DNA of 64,000 bases, from positions 2,958 to 66,957 of the forward strand of contig CAVPSX010000005.1 in assembly GCA_963708515.1 (NCBI GenBank), in the 5' to 3' direction. Below, piece by piece: positions 37,387-47,489 of the stretch; the first letter of the stretch is position 1; every line of letters begins with the position of its first letter. The position numbers and the translations under genes are program-made. The notes beneath the pieces are model-generated. The model saw nothing but the letters and a program-made list of their open reading frames with translations. It did not search any database and was not told the origin of the DNA. Source of the stretch: an uncultured delta proteobacterium. Lineage in GTDB: Bacteria > Desulfobacterota > Syntrophia > Syntrophales > Fen-1087.

Positions 37387-37433
37387 ACTCCCGGAGGATC
37401 AGATAGGGGTTGCCGTACGCGTGAAAAGATTGT

Positions 37434-38112
37434 ATGAGAGCGGGCGAAGAAGGAAAGGAGCCTGATTCGTTGAAAAATCGGCTCGTCACATCAGACATAA
37501 CTCTGGCGTTGCTTTACTATTTTATCCGGGCCTATTCTTGGACATTTCAACTGCACATTGAAAATGAGAAGGAGTGGATGGACTATCATGCCGGGGGTGG
37601 AACGGTGCTGCTGTGTGCCTGGCACCAGCAGTTTTTTGCCGCGATCCGCCATTTCAAGACCTATCAGGCGCTTGGTCCCAGCCTCATGATCAGCAAGAGC
37701 AAAGACGGTGAAATCATCGCGGGGATTGCCGAACGCAGCGGCTGGAAGGTGGTGCGGGGCTCATCCTCGACGGATGGACGGCAAGCCCTCGAGCGCCATG
37801 ATCGATAATTTAAAGCGGTTCCGCCTGGCCGCCCATATCCTGGACGGGCCGAGGGGGCCCGCCGGTCGGGTCAAAGCCGGGGTGATCCAACTGGCGCACA
37901 CGGCGGACGCCATGATCGTTCCCGTATATGCCGCTGCCGACAAAGCCTGGTTTTTTAATAGCTGGGACCGGTTCATGCTGCCCAAACCGTTTGCAAAAGT
38001 GACGCTTCGTTTTGGAGAAATGATCGATTTCAATACCCAAAATCGAAAAAACGATTTTGAGGCTCAGAGGCTTGAACTGGAGAATCAGATGCTTCCGGGA
38101 TTGATCGGCTGA
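37434..38112 (+). pseudogene. DUF374-type lysophospholipid acyltransferase-family protein, one frameshift near 37785
   Basis: ORFs 37434-37808 and 37708-38112 join as ...MISKSKDGEIIAGIAERSGWKVVRGSSSTDGRQAL|SAMIDNLKRFRLAAHILDGPRGP.... Confidence 0.65.
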
Positions 38113-38126
38113 AGGAGATCTTCCCA

Positions 38127-39845
38127 ATGTATGAGACAAAACCCTGGGCGAAGTTTTACGGACGAGTGCCGGAATCCATCGAATATCCGCGCGTGACGAT
38201 GTACGAGGCGCTCATGAAAACCGTTGCAAGTCGCCCCGATGCCGTGGCCTGGGATTTTTTCGGAACCACCTGCACCTACCGGCAATTCGGCGAACAGATC
38301 CGGCAATGCGCTGATGCCCTGGCCGCTTTGGGCCTGAAGGCCGGGGACCGCATCACGATTTCCATGCCCACCTGCCCGCAGGGAATCATTTGTTTTTACG
38401 CATCCAACAAGCTCGGCGCCGTCTCGAGCATGATCCATCCGCTGTCGCCGGCCAAAGAGATCGAGTTTTATCTCAACAAAAGCAAAAGCCGCTTTGCCCT
38501 CACGCTTGACGCCTTTTACGGCAAGTTCAAAGAGGTTCAGTCGTGCACCGATCTGCAAACCCTGATTCTGGCAAGAATCCCCGACTACCTGGGCCTGGGC
38601 ATGAGAATCGGCTTCTATCTGACAAAGGGCCGTAAAATTCCGCCCGTGCCGCAGGATCCCCTTGTGCGCTGGTGGCATGACATCATGCAGGGCACCTATC
38701 CGGAAGCCCAGCAGGCGGGCATGGATACCGACGAGATGGCCGTCATTCTCTACAGCGGTGGCACCACGGGCTCGCCCAAGGGGATCATGCTGTCCAACAT
38801 GAATTTCATCAGCGAGGGCATGCAGGTCGCTGCCTGGGGCGATCTGGGGGCCGATGGATCCATCCTTGCCATTTTGCCCATCTTTCATGGATTCGGCCTG
38901 GGCGTGTGCGTCAATGCGGTCTTCATGGGCGGCGGCAAGAGCATCCTGGTGCCGCAGTTCACGCCGGAGATCGTAGCCAAACTCATTAAAACCAAAAAAC
39001 CGACCTTTGTTGTGGGCGTACCGACTCTCTTTGAAGCTCTGAACCGCAATCCGCTGTTCCAGAAGGCCGATCTGAGCTGTCTGAGGGGGGCATTCAGCGG
39101 TGCTGATCAGCTTCCGCGCCCGGTCAAGGAGAAGTTCGAGCAGATCGTCCGCCGCCAGGGCGGCTCCGTGCAACTGCGTGAGGGATACGGCCTGACGGAG
39201 GCCGTCACGGCGATCATGGCCATGCCCATGACGGAGTACCGCGAGGGGAGCGTGGGCATTGTTTTTCCCGACATGCTGGCCAAGATCGTCAGGCAGGGGA
39301 CCACGGAAGAGGTACCGGCCGGCGAAATCGGCGAGATCTGCCTGCACGGACCGGCAGTCATGCTGGGCTATCTGGAGATGCCCGAAGAGACCGCAGAGAC
39401 CCTGAAGACCCATCCGGACGGCAGGCTGTGGCTGCACACGGGCGACCTGGCGACGATGGATGAGGACGGTTTCGTTTATTTCAAGCTCCGGCTCAAGCGC
39501 ATGATCAAATCGTCGGGCATGAACGTCTATCCCGCCCAGGTCGAGGATGTTTTCTATAAGCACGAGGCGGTGCTGGAATGCTGCGTGATCGGCGTTCCCG
39601 ATGAAATCCAGGTGGAGCGCGTCAAGGCCTTCGTGGTTCTCAAAGATCCGGCCAAAGAAGGGCCGGAGATGGAGCAGGCGCTGATCCGGCACAGCCGGGA
39701 GCATCTCATCAAGTGGTCCTGCCCGCGCGAGATTGAATTCAGGCGATCCCTGCCGAAGACGCTGGTCGGCAAGGTAGCCTACAACGCCCTCGAAGTGGAG
39801 GAAAAGGCTCGCCTGAAGGCGGCCGGCAAATATTCGGGAGAATGA
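38127..39845 (+). CDS. AMP-dependent acyl-CoA synthetase/ligase
   Basis: 572 aa with ILYSGGTTGSPKGIML, GYGLTE, TGDLA and a C-terminal Lys region. Confidence 0.85.
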   Translation: MYETKPWAKFYGRVPESIEYPRVTMYEALMKTVASRPDAVAWDFFGTTCTYRQFGEQIRQCADALAALGLKAGDRITISMPTCPQGIICFYASNKLGAVSSMIHPLSPAKEIEFYLNKSKSRFALTLDAFYGKFKEVQSCTDLQTLILARIPDYLGLGMRIGFYLTKGRKIPPVPQDPLVRWWHDIMQGTYPEAQQAGMDTDEMAVILYSGGTTGSPKGIMLSNMNFISEGMQVAAWGDLGADGSILAILPIFHGFGLGVCVNAVFMGGGKSILVPQFTPEIVAKLIKTKKPTFVVGVPTLFEALNRNPLFQKADLSCLRGAFSGADQLPRPVKEKFEQIVRRQGGSVQLREGYGLTEAVTAIMAMPMTEYREGSVGIVFPDMLAKIVRQGTTEEVPAGEIGEICLHGPAVMLGYLEMPEETAETLKTHPDGRLWLHTGDLATMDEDGFVYFKLRLKRMIKSSGMNVYPAQVEDVFYKHEAVLECCVIGVPDEIQVERVKAFVVLKDPAKEGPEMEQALIRHSREHLIKWSCPREIEFRRSLPKTLVGKVAYNALEVEEKARLKAAGKYSGE

Positions 39846-40984
39846 TGAGCATGAAAAACATGAACAAAATCAGGGAAGCGGCGCGCGACCCGCACGGGTA
39901 TGCGGAATCTTACAAAACACGAACCCACAAGAAGATTGTCGGCTATTTCTGTTCCTATGCGCCCGAAGAGATCATCTGGGCCGCCGGCGCCCTGCCGCTA
40001 AGGATCTTCAGCCGCAAGTCCGGCATTCATCTGGCCGACAGGCACCTGCAATCCTACTGCTGTTCGCTCGTGCGCGGTGCTTTGGAGGATGCCCTTTCGG
40101 GGGCGTTGAAATTTCTGGACGGCGTCGTCTTCCCCCACACCTGCGATTCCATCCAGCGTCTCTCCGATATCTGGCGGCTCAATGTCCCCTACGGCTTTCA
40201 CACCGACGTCGTTCTGCCCGTCAAGCTCAATACGGACAGCGCAAGAGAGTACATGGTGAAAGTGCTCAAGGCGTTCAGGGTTGAGCTGGAGCAGAAACTG
40301 GACGTCAAAATCACCGACGACGCGTTAAGGGCGTCGATGGATCTCTACGGCAAACTGCGCGGCCTGTTGGGGCGGATCTATGAAATCCGGTCGCAAAATC
40401 CCGATGCCATAAGCGGCTCCGATGTGTACAGCATCATGAAGGCCGCCATGATCATGGATCGGCAGGAGCTGCTGACGTTGCTCGACGAAGGGGTCAAGGA
40501 GCTGGTGGAGCAGAAGAAAAGCGCCGGAGCGGCTGTCTGCCGCAAGCGTGTGGTCCTCTCCGGCGGAATCTGTGATTTTCCCGATGTTTATCCGATGATC
40601 GAGGAGGCGGGCGGCGCCGTCGTCTGGGACGATCTCTGCATGGGGACACGGACCTTCGCCGGCGATTATGCTGCAAAGGAAGATCCCATCGAGGCCATTG
40701 CCGGGCGCTACCTGGAACGGATCGTCTGTCCGGCCAAGCACAGCGGCCTGACGAGCCGCGCCGATCATCTTGTCAAAATGGTCAGGGAAAGGGACGCGCA
40801 GGGCGTGATCATCCTGCTTTTGAAGTTCTGCGATCCCCATGCCTTCGACTATCCCTATCTGAAGAACGCCCTGGACAAGGAGGGGGTCCCGAACATGCTG
40901 CTCGAAGTCGAAGATCAACTGCCGCCGGACGGGCAGTTGAGAACGCGCTTCGAGGCTTTTTTAGAGATGCTGCAAAGGAGATGA
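39842..40984 (+). CDS. 2-hydroxyacyl-CoA dehydratase / benzoyl-CoA-reductase-type subunit (HgdB-like)
   Basis: 380 aa with KIVGYFCSYAPEEIIWAAGALPLRIF and conserved Cys residues. The start overlaps the ligase stop. Confidence 0.7.
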   Translation: MMSMKNMNKIREAARDPHGYAESYKTRTHKKIVGYFCSYAPEEIIWAAGALPLRIFSRKSGIHLADRHLQSYCCSLVRGALEDALSGALKFLDGVVFPHTCDSIQRLSDIWRLNVPYGFHTDVVLPVKLNTDSAREYMVKVLKAFRVELEQKLDVKITDDALRASMDLYGKLRGLLGRIYEIRSQNPDAISGSDVYSIMKAAMIMDRQELLTLLDEGVKELVEQKKSAGAAVCRKRVVLSGGICDFPDVYPMIEEAGGAVVWDDLCMGTRTFAGDYAAKEDPIEAIAGRYLERIVCPAKHSGLTSRADHLVKMVRERDAQGVIILLLKFCDPHAFDYPYLKNALDKEGVPNMLLEVEDQLPPDGQLRTRFEAFLEMLQRR

Positions 40985-42235
40985 AAATGGCGGAAGAAAT
41001 GAAAATAGCGGATCCCGAAAAAGAGAAGCGAAAGATCAAGTCCGTCAAGCAGATGAAGGATATCATGACGACCTATTACATCGACGCCAAAACGGCCGGA
41101 CAGACGGGCAAGAAGGTCGCCTGGATCACAAGCGGCGGGCCGGTGGAGCCCCTGATCGTGATGGATGTCATTCCCGTTTATCCCGAAAATCACGGGGCCA
41201 TGATCGGCGCCAGCCGCATGGGCGTCGGGCTGTACGAGAAGGCCGAATCCATGGGCTATGCAAGCGATCTGTGCTCCTACGCCTGCGCGGACATCGCCTG
41301 CGCCACGGTCAACGGCGGGCCGATCGGCGGTCTTCCGAAACCCGACATGCTCGTGTGCTGCAACAACATCTGCGGGACCGTCCTGAAATGGTATGAAATC
41401 CAGGCCCGCTATTTCAACGCGCCGTTGTTCATTCTGGACACGCCCTTCTGCCATACCGAATACAATGCGGACATTCAGAAGTACGTGCGCCGGCAGATCG
41501 GGGAATATATCCACTTTCTGGAGCAACACTGCGGCAAGCCGTTCGATTATGACCGCATGCAGGAGGTCGGGAAGCTCTCCGTCACCGGCCAGAGGCTCTG
41601 GCAGGACGGTGCTGGACACGACCATGCACAGGCCCGCCCCCATGAGCGCCTTCGACGCCTTTTTCCACCTGGCCCTGATCGTGACGCTGCGCGGGACACA
41701 GCAGGCCGTGGACTACTATCAATTGCTGCTGGCGGAGATGAAACAGCGCATCGCCGACGGCATCGGGGCCGTTCCCAATGAAAAATACCGCCTGCTCTGG
41801 GACAACCTGCCCGTCTGGTACCGGACAAAGTGGCTCTCCGAAAAATTCGCCGCCCACGACGCCTGTCTGGTGGCCGACACCTACACATCGGCCTGGTGCG
41901 GTTCGCTCAAGTATGTCGATGAAAATAATTTTCTCGAAACCATGGCCGAGTGCTACACGCGGATCTATCTGAATATCGGCGTGGATGAGATGGCGCGAAC
42001 CGTCATGGAGATGGTGGACAAGTACGATGTGGACGGCATCGTCATGCACTCCAACCGGAGCTGCAAGCCCTATTCGCTGGGACAGTACGATATTCAGCGC
42101 ATCGTCGAGCAGCAGAAGGGCATCCCGTCGCTCATGATCGAAGCCGATATGACGGACGAACGCAAGTTTTCTGAAAGCCAGATCGAGACGCGCATTGACG
42201 CTTTCATCGAGGTTTTGCAGGAAAAGAAGAAGTAG
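40981..42235 (+). pseudogene. 2-hydroxyacyl-CoA dehydratase subunit (HgdA-like), one frameshift near 41607
   Basis: ORFs 40981-41781 and 41393-42235 join as ...KLSVTGQRLWQD|VLDTTMHRPAPMSAFDAFFHLA...IVMHSNRSCKPYSLGQ. Confidence 0.7.
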
Positions 42236-42269
42236 GAGTAGAAGATGTCAGTTTGTTACGCATAGTAAA

Positions 42270-42299
42270 GCCTGCACGGCCTGTTGAAGCAGTGCAGGC
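42270..42299. terminator. Hairpin between convergent genes (possible bidirectional terminator)
   Basis: GCCTGCAC-14 nt-GTGCAGGC. There is no strong T-tract, hence the low confidence. Confidence 0.3.
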
Positions 42300-42316
42300 C
42301 ATATTATCATGTCATT

Positions 42317-43602
42317 TCATCTCGGCGGCGCTTTCTTTTTCTTTGCCTCTTCCTTCCAGTCAAGGATAGCGTCGCTATTCTTCTTGACGCTCCATCCAAG
42401 CTTGTAGAGCTCCTCGAGGCTCCTGTCTGTAACAGTGCCGTCGACCCAGAGCTCCTTCTTCTTTATGCCGACGAGTGTCGCGGCCCTGTCGCTGATCGCC
42501 TTTGCGATGGCATGCGCGTCCTCTGTCCAGAGAAGGTGGTCCACGGGCGAGATGAAGACCAGGGTGTTCTCCGTCGTCCCGCAGGGAATGTGCCGAGCGA
42601 GATAAAGCTTTTTATCGGAGCCACGCTTCGGTTGTAAACGGCGTACATGATGGCCATGCGCGTACGGAACGCCGCCAGGTCTTCTGATTCCGTGCGAAGG
42701 GCGAATTTCAGGAGTTCGTTCCTGTTCTTCGTGTGCTTCATGTCCTCCCGGGCGGCAAAAAAAAGGGTCTGGTCGCGGGGCGTAAAAACATTTTTCTCAA
42801 TAGAGAGATCTGTGAGTGTCGGGTCCATTTCCATGTTATCGAGTTTTTCCCTGTTCAGGCGCCGGAGTTCCGTGGGCGGGGTTTTCGCGATCATGTCGTT
42901 GAGAAGCTGTAGGCTGCCTGTGACCGACAGCGCAAAACCCACGCCGCCGGGGATCATCGCCTTGAGGGCTGTCGCGCTCAGGCTCCCGGCTAAGCCCGCT
43001 TCCGTGATCTTGTCGATCTCCTGCTACAGTAGCGGATTGGGAGAGTAAACGTCAACGCCGAACTCGTAGGCATATTCCCTTTTCCGGTTCGAATATCCTG
43101 TGAGGCCTGCCAGCCTTGAATCTTAGCCGGCCCCGGGTTTTGACCGGACAGCCTCTCCTGCCATCCGGAACGTCTTCCCTATGCCGGTGGCTGTGCCTGC
43201 AATAGCTTTTTTAGGGTCGCTCGCCATGGCCTTCACGCCTGCTAAGGTCTCTGATCCGGCCTTCTTCAGACTGCCTTGGAACGCGTCTGACTGCTGCAGC
43301 TTCCTCATCGCGTCATTGGCCTTCATCTCCTCGATGCGCTTCTTAAGCGATGCTGTGGAAATGACCATGAACCTGCCGAATTTGGATACAATCGCATAGG
43401 TGTTCATGTAGCCGTCGTTTTGTACGGTCTCGTCAATGCTGTGAAACTGGCCTTTGAGAAGGCTTTTATCCAGTATCTTAGAAGCATTGAGCGGACGCGG
43501 AGTTTCATAAGCTTCTTCCGCTGCAATCGTGACTTTTGCAGAAGGCGGCAGGACCAACAAGGCTGCCAGTACAAAAGATATCGCGCTGAAATACGTCTTC
43601 AC
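42317..43602 (-). pseudogene. Secreted protein of unknown function, disrupted by in-frame TAA, in-frame TAG and a frameshift
   Basis: The signal peptide is MKTYFSAISFVLAALLVLPPSA. The same frame continues through TAA (43123-43125) and TAG (about 43029) into ORF 42463-42957, then shifts near 42550 into ORF 42317-42544. Confidence 0.6.
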
Positions 43603-43731
43603 AAGGACGACCCCCTTTCTCTGCCGGTCACAAGTTAAAAAGTTTCATGGCCGAATGCCCCGCGCCAGCCAGCACATCCAATTAAACAAGAAAATTGAAT
43701 GGTGATTTATTTGAAAATATTACCAGACATG

Positions 43732-44742
43732 TTAATAATGATCATCGGCCCGGGTCTTTCCTTTGAACAGCCGGTAAACAAATATCGTATAGCAGATGAC
43801 AATCGGCATGCCGATCATGGCGATGACGGCCATAACCTGCAGCGTGTAAAGCCCGGTTGAGCTGTTATAAATCGTCAGACTCAAGTTCGGGTCATTGGAG
43901 GCAGTGATCAGGTTGGGAAATTGAGCTGCGCCTGCTGCCAGGAACAGGCCAATAAATGAAAAGGACGACTCCCAAAACGGGGCGGCGTCATTTTTTTTAC
44001 GCAGTGAAAAGAATAATCCTATAAGTCCCGCAAACGTAAACACAACGGCCACGTACATTAAAGCATTCCCCGACAGACGCGGAAATATACCAAGCAGCAC
44101 AACAAAATAAATTCCCGCCGTGATGAAATTAATCCACATTAAAACCCGCACGGCCTTGAATGAACGCTCTTGCAATTTCCCTTCCGTTTTCATGACGGCC
44201 CAGGACGCGCCCTGCAGCAGCACGGCGGCCAGTCCGGTAATACCGAACAACAACGGCACGGGACGCAGCAGCGTGAAAAAGCTTCCAGCATACTCCATTT
44301 TACCATCAAGCGGCACGCCGTAGATCACATTGCCCAAAGCCACACCAAATAATAGAGCCGCCAAAGCGCTTCCGCCGACCAGAGCTTTTTCCCAGATTCC
44401 GGCGCGCGCCGGGTCGTTAGCGCGAAACTCCATCGATACCGCGCGGAAAATAAGCGCGAGCAAAACCAGCATCATCGCCAGATAAAAGCCGGAAAACGCG
44501 GTGGCATATGCATGAGGAAACGCCGCAAACAATGCGCCTCCTCCGGTAATCAACCAGACTTCGTTACCGTCCCAGACCGGGCCGATGGACGCGATGAGCG
44601 TATCCTTCTCTTCCTTTGTCACAGCCAGACAAGGCAGCAAAGTTGCAACACCCAGGTCGAATCCATCCAAAAGTGCGTAACCAAGCAATAGGATGAAAAT
44701 AAGCAAAAACCATAGGATTTGAAAATTCTGGATATTTTCCAT
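43732..44742 (-). CDS. cydB: Cytochrome bd ubiquinol oxidase subunit II
   Basis: 336 aa polytopic protein with ILLGYALLDGFDLGV and WDGNEVWL. Confidence 0.9.
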   Translation of the reverse strand: MENIQNFQILWFLLIFILLLGYALLDGFDLGVATLLPCLAVTKEEKDTLIASIGPVWDGNEVWLITGGGALFAAFPHAYATAFSGFYLAMMLVLLALIFRAVSMEFRANDPARAGIWEKALVGGSALAALLFGVALGNVIYGVPLDGKMEYAGSFFTLLRPVPLLFGITGLAAVLLQGASWAVMKTEGKLQERSFKAVRVLMWINFITAGIYFVVLLGIFPRLSGNALMYVAVVFTFAGLIGLFFSLRKKNDAAPFWESSFSFIGLFLAAGAAQFPNLITASNDPNLSLTIYNSSTGLYTLQVMAVIAMIGMPIVICYTIFVYRLFKGKTRADDHY

Positions 44743-44774
44743 CTCCGCTATCCCTTATAACGATTGGTCTTCCT

Positions 44775-46085
44775 TCACGATGCCGCGGGTCCTTGTCTGA
44801 CAAGTTTGACAAAGAGCTGAACAAACATGACAAACAGCAGCAGGTAAACCAGAGAAAACATGGCTAAGCTAAAGGCAATTTCACCTGCTGACACCACCAC
44901 CGACGCGGCGCTGGCGGTTTTCATCAATCCTTGAATAATCCAGGGCTGCCTGCCAACCTCTGCGGTAATCCAGCCTGTTTCATGAGCCAGATGCGGTAGC
45001 GGAATCAGGAAGGGCAGCAAAAACAGGTACCATTTAGCTGTGTAAAGTTTTCCCGTCCACAAAAGCCACGCGCCCAGAAGCCCCAGCGCAATGAAGATCA
45101 TGCCCAGACCCACCATGATATGATAGGACTGAAACACCAGATTTACCGGCGGCCAATTTTCCTTCGGAGCATCATTCAACCCCTTGATTTCAGAATTAAA
45201 ATCGAAATTATACAGAAAGCTTAAAAGTTTGGGCACATAAATGCCGTAGGTTTTTTCATTGTCCTCATCTACGTATCCGATGACATACAATGGAACGCCT
45301 CGGCTTGTTTTAAAATGCCCTTCCATCGCCGCCGCCTTCACCGGCTGCGTGTTGATGACCTGGATTGCATGAGCATGGGCGGCTCCCAACTGCACAAGCG
45401 GCGTGATTGCAAAAAGTATAATGCCGATTTTCAGCATCGTCCGGGCGGTCTGGCCATGAAGACCTTTGCGGACATAGTGACCGGCAATGCCCGAAACCAA
45501 GATCGCGCAGGTGATCCAGGAGGCCAAAACGGTATGAATAAACCGGACGATCGTGGACGGATTAAAAACAGCAGCTTGAAAACTGGTCAGAAAAACTTTC
45601 CCGGCGGCATTGATTTCGTATCCGGCAGGGGTCTGCATCCACGAGTTGGCCACAATAATCCAGAAGGCGGAAAGGTGCCCGCCGACAAATACCAGAAACG
45701 CGGCAAGCCAGTACACTTTTGGCGACACTTTTTTTCTGCCAAAAACCAGAACGCCGATAAAAACGGACTCAAGAAAAAAAGCAATGACGCCTTCGGCAGC
45801 CAGGATCGGTCCGAAAATATCCCCCACCGTGCGCGAATATTGAGACCAGTTGGTTCCGAAGGAAAACTCCATCACAATGCCGGTTGCCGCACCGAGAACA
45901 AAAATCAGTCCCAGCAGTCGGGCGAAAAAATCCGTGATTTTAAGATAGATATCATCTTTTTTGACCAGATGCAGCGTCTCCGAAATCAGAATGACCCCTG
46001 CAGTGCCCAAGGTCATCATCGGGAAGAGAAAATGGAAGCCGATAGTAATAGCAAACTGAATTCGGGCAAGGAACAACGCGTCCAT
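44775..46085 (-). CDS. cydA: Cytochrome bd ubiquinol oxidase subunit I
   Basis: 436 aa with LARIQFAITIGFHFLFP, WMQTPAGY and EVGRQPW. Confidence 0.9.
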   Translation of the reverse strand: MDALFLARIQFAITIGFHFLFPMMTLGTAGVILISETLHLVKKDDIYLKITDFFARLLGLIFVLGAATGIVMEFSFGTNWSQYSRTVGDIFGPILAAEGVIAFFLESVFIGVLVFGRKKVSPKVYWLAAFLVFVGGHLSAFWIIVANSWMQTPAGYEINAAGKVFLTSFQAAVFNPSTIVRFIHTVLASWITCAILVSGIAGHYVRKGLHGQTARTMLKIGIILFAITPLVQLGAAHAHAIQVINTQPVKAAAMEGHFKTSRGVPLYVIGYVDEDNEKTYGIYVPKLLSFLYNFDFNSEIKGLNDAPKENWPPVNLVFQSYHIMVGLGMIFIALGLLGAWLLWTGKLYTAKWYLFLLPFLIPLPHLAHETGWITAEVGRQPWIIQGLMKTASAASVVVSAGEIAFSLAMFSLVYLLLFVMFVQLFVKLVRQGPAAS

Positions 46086-46153
46086 AGTTACCCCTAAGTT
46101 CTGTGTGGCGTCACAATATAGAATTGTCCATTGAATTGATAGGACATTGCTTT

Positions 46154-46645
46154 TTACGGGGGGAGTATATGAAGAAGGATTTTGTGTGTCAATTGAATTT
46201 TAACCGCAAGATCCCGAAGATCTGAAATCAAAGACGGAGTCGCCCGTTGAATCAGGGTATCCCCATTGGCAAGAAGAAACTGGACAATAACAACAGCATC
46301 CTTCTTGTCCGTCTTGGTCTTCCTGAGCGGCATCTTCACGTAATTGGAAGTCAGCAGAGGGTTGATGAGAAGGACCTTGTAACCCTCAGAAACCAGTTAA
46401 GAAAAGAGATTGACATGATAGGATGCAGTAGATTCCATTCCGATTAAAACAGATGAGATGGAAACCGCCGCAAGATGTCCCTTCAGTTTTTCAAAACCCT
46501 TCCGATCCATGGTCGCTGAAAACTGAAAGAGCTTGGTCTCATCCCCTGTTGTCCCACAGGCATCAAACTTATCCTTGGAAACATCGATTCCGACAAAACC
46601 ATTAAAGCTGCCTTTTAATCCTGACATCGCATCACCTCCCATCAA
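46154..46645 (-). mobile_element. IS110-family transposase remnant (N-terminal DEDD domain only, with in-frame TAA)
   Basis: FVGIDVSKDKFD...LIGMESTASYHVNLFS-TAA-LVSEGYKVLLINPLLTSNYVKMPLRKTKTDKKDAVVI. The C-terminal transposase domain is absent. Confidence 0.7.
46164..46192 (-). promoter_or_regulatory. Consensus-like sigma70 promoter for cydAB
   Basis: On the minus strand it reads TTGACA-17 nt (CACAAAATCCTTCTTCA)-TATACT, about 70 nt upstream of the cydA ATG. Confidence 0.6.
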
Positions 46646-46867
46646 AAGACGGGAATAGCAGGCGCCGTCGCCTCCGGATCAATCCTCCAGCGTGACAAGG
46701 ATTCAATGATCCAACCAACCTATTATGGTTCACAGAGGCTTGAAACATACTGAAATGAGGGCTCTATCACCCAGGAAGAAAGGAGTCCTCCTGCCTTCCC
46801 ATGAACAATACCTAAAAACAGTTATACATCATTGTATACTAATTCATGGTAGAGGGAAGGAAGGTGA

Positions 46868-47359
46868 CTACTTCATGGTATACCCGCGACCGTCAAGGCA
46901 GGCGCCTTGTGCCCGTTGATAGTCTGCACGCATTTGATTGAGTCGGGTTTCCGTCATATCACCAGTTGAGAGTTGAGTCGGGTCGTAGCCTGTCTGACTC
47001 ACAGCCCAACTATGGCATTCGTAACGATCCTTTGCCTGTAGCTCTTCGCTCTGGCCGTGCCGGGGATAGACAAAGATTCTTTCAGTCGATGATGGCGTTA
47101 CAGACGGCGCTGGTTGAATATACACCGGAAGCTGTTCTCGGATGATCACCGGTGGAGGTGTGTAATAGGGCGCATAATAATAAGGCGCCAGAACTGCTGC
47201 CCCTCCTAATACCGCCCAGGGTACCCACCAACCACTATATCCTCCATGGCCTCTATATCCTCCATAACCTCCATGGCCGCCTCCTGCTTCACCGGACAAT
47301 GGGCTTATGAGAAAGATGGCCATTGTGAGCATAAGAATCGCACAGGCAACTTTTTTCAT
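46868..47359 (-). CDS. Secreted Gly/Tyr/Pro-rich protein, unknown function
   Basis: 163 aa. After the signal peptide come GGGHGGYGGYRGHGGYSGWW and PYYYAPYYTPPP low-complexity stretches, then a Cys-containing C-terminal domain. Confidence 0.5.
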   Translation of the reverse strand: MKKVACAILMLTMAIFLISPLSGEAGGGHGGYGGYRGHGGYSGWWVPWAVLGGAAVLAPYYYAPYYTPPPVIIREQLPVYIQPAPSVTPSSTERIFVYPRHGQSEELQAKDRYECHSWAVSQTGYDPTQLSTGDMTETRLNQMRADYQRAQGACLDGRGYTMK

Positions 47360-47460
47360 ATTTCACCTCCTTATAGCTTCGGCAAATGTGTTTATAATCT
47401 TTATACTCCCCTTTTCAAGTTGTTTCCATGAATAATAGGAAACATGCTGCCAAAATCCTC

Positions 47461-47489
47461 TTGACACACAAAATCCCCCCTCATATACT
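47461..47489 (+). promoter_or_regulatory. Consensus-like sigma70 promoter for the TMEM175-like gene
   Basis: TTGACA-17 nt (CACAAAATCCCCCCTCA)-TATACT. It is bracketed by a perfect 10-bp inverted repeat, AATCCTCTTG (47452-47461) and CAAGAGGATT (47500-47509). Confidence 0.6.

Noticed and set aside
38085-39704. A 539-aa minus-strand ORF. Similar long antisense ORFs occur at 34409-35515, 20332-21501, 24350-25456, 61110-62069, 35689-36597 and 4603-5535.
   Set aside because: Each lies antisense to a gene with unmistakable family motifs (acyl-CoA ligase, ADH, SDR, DUF255, GH63-like, aldolase, KAS). Their composition is Arg/Gly/His/Asp-rich, as expected for the antisense frame of GC-rich coding DNA, and none shows a recognisable motif.
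43026-43031. The in-frame TAG in the secreted-protein gene as a possible pyrrolysine codon.
   Set aside because: The same gene also contains an in-frame TAA and a frameshift. No pyl genes or methylamine methyltransferase context are visible. A pseudogene is the simpler reading.
43086-43094. GGTTCGAAT, a tRNA T-loop-like string.
   Set aside because: The flanking bases cannot form a T-stem, acceptor stem or anticodon arm. The string lies inside the coding frame of the disrupted secreted-protein gene.
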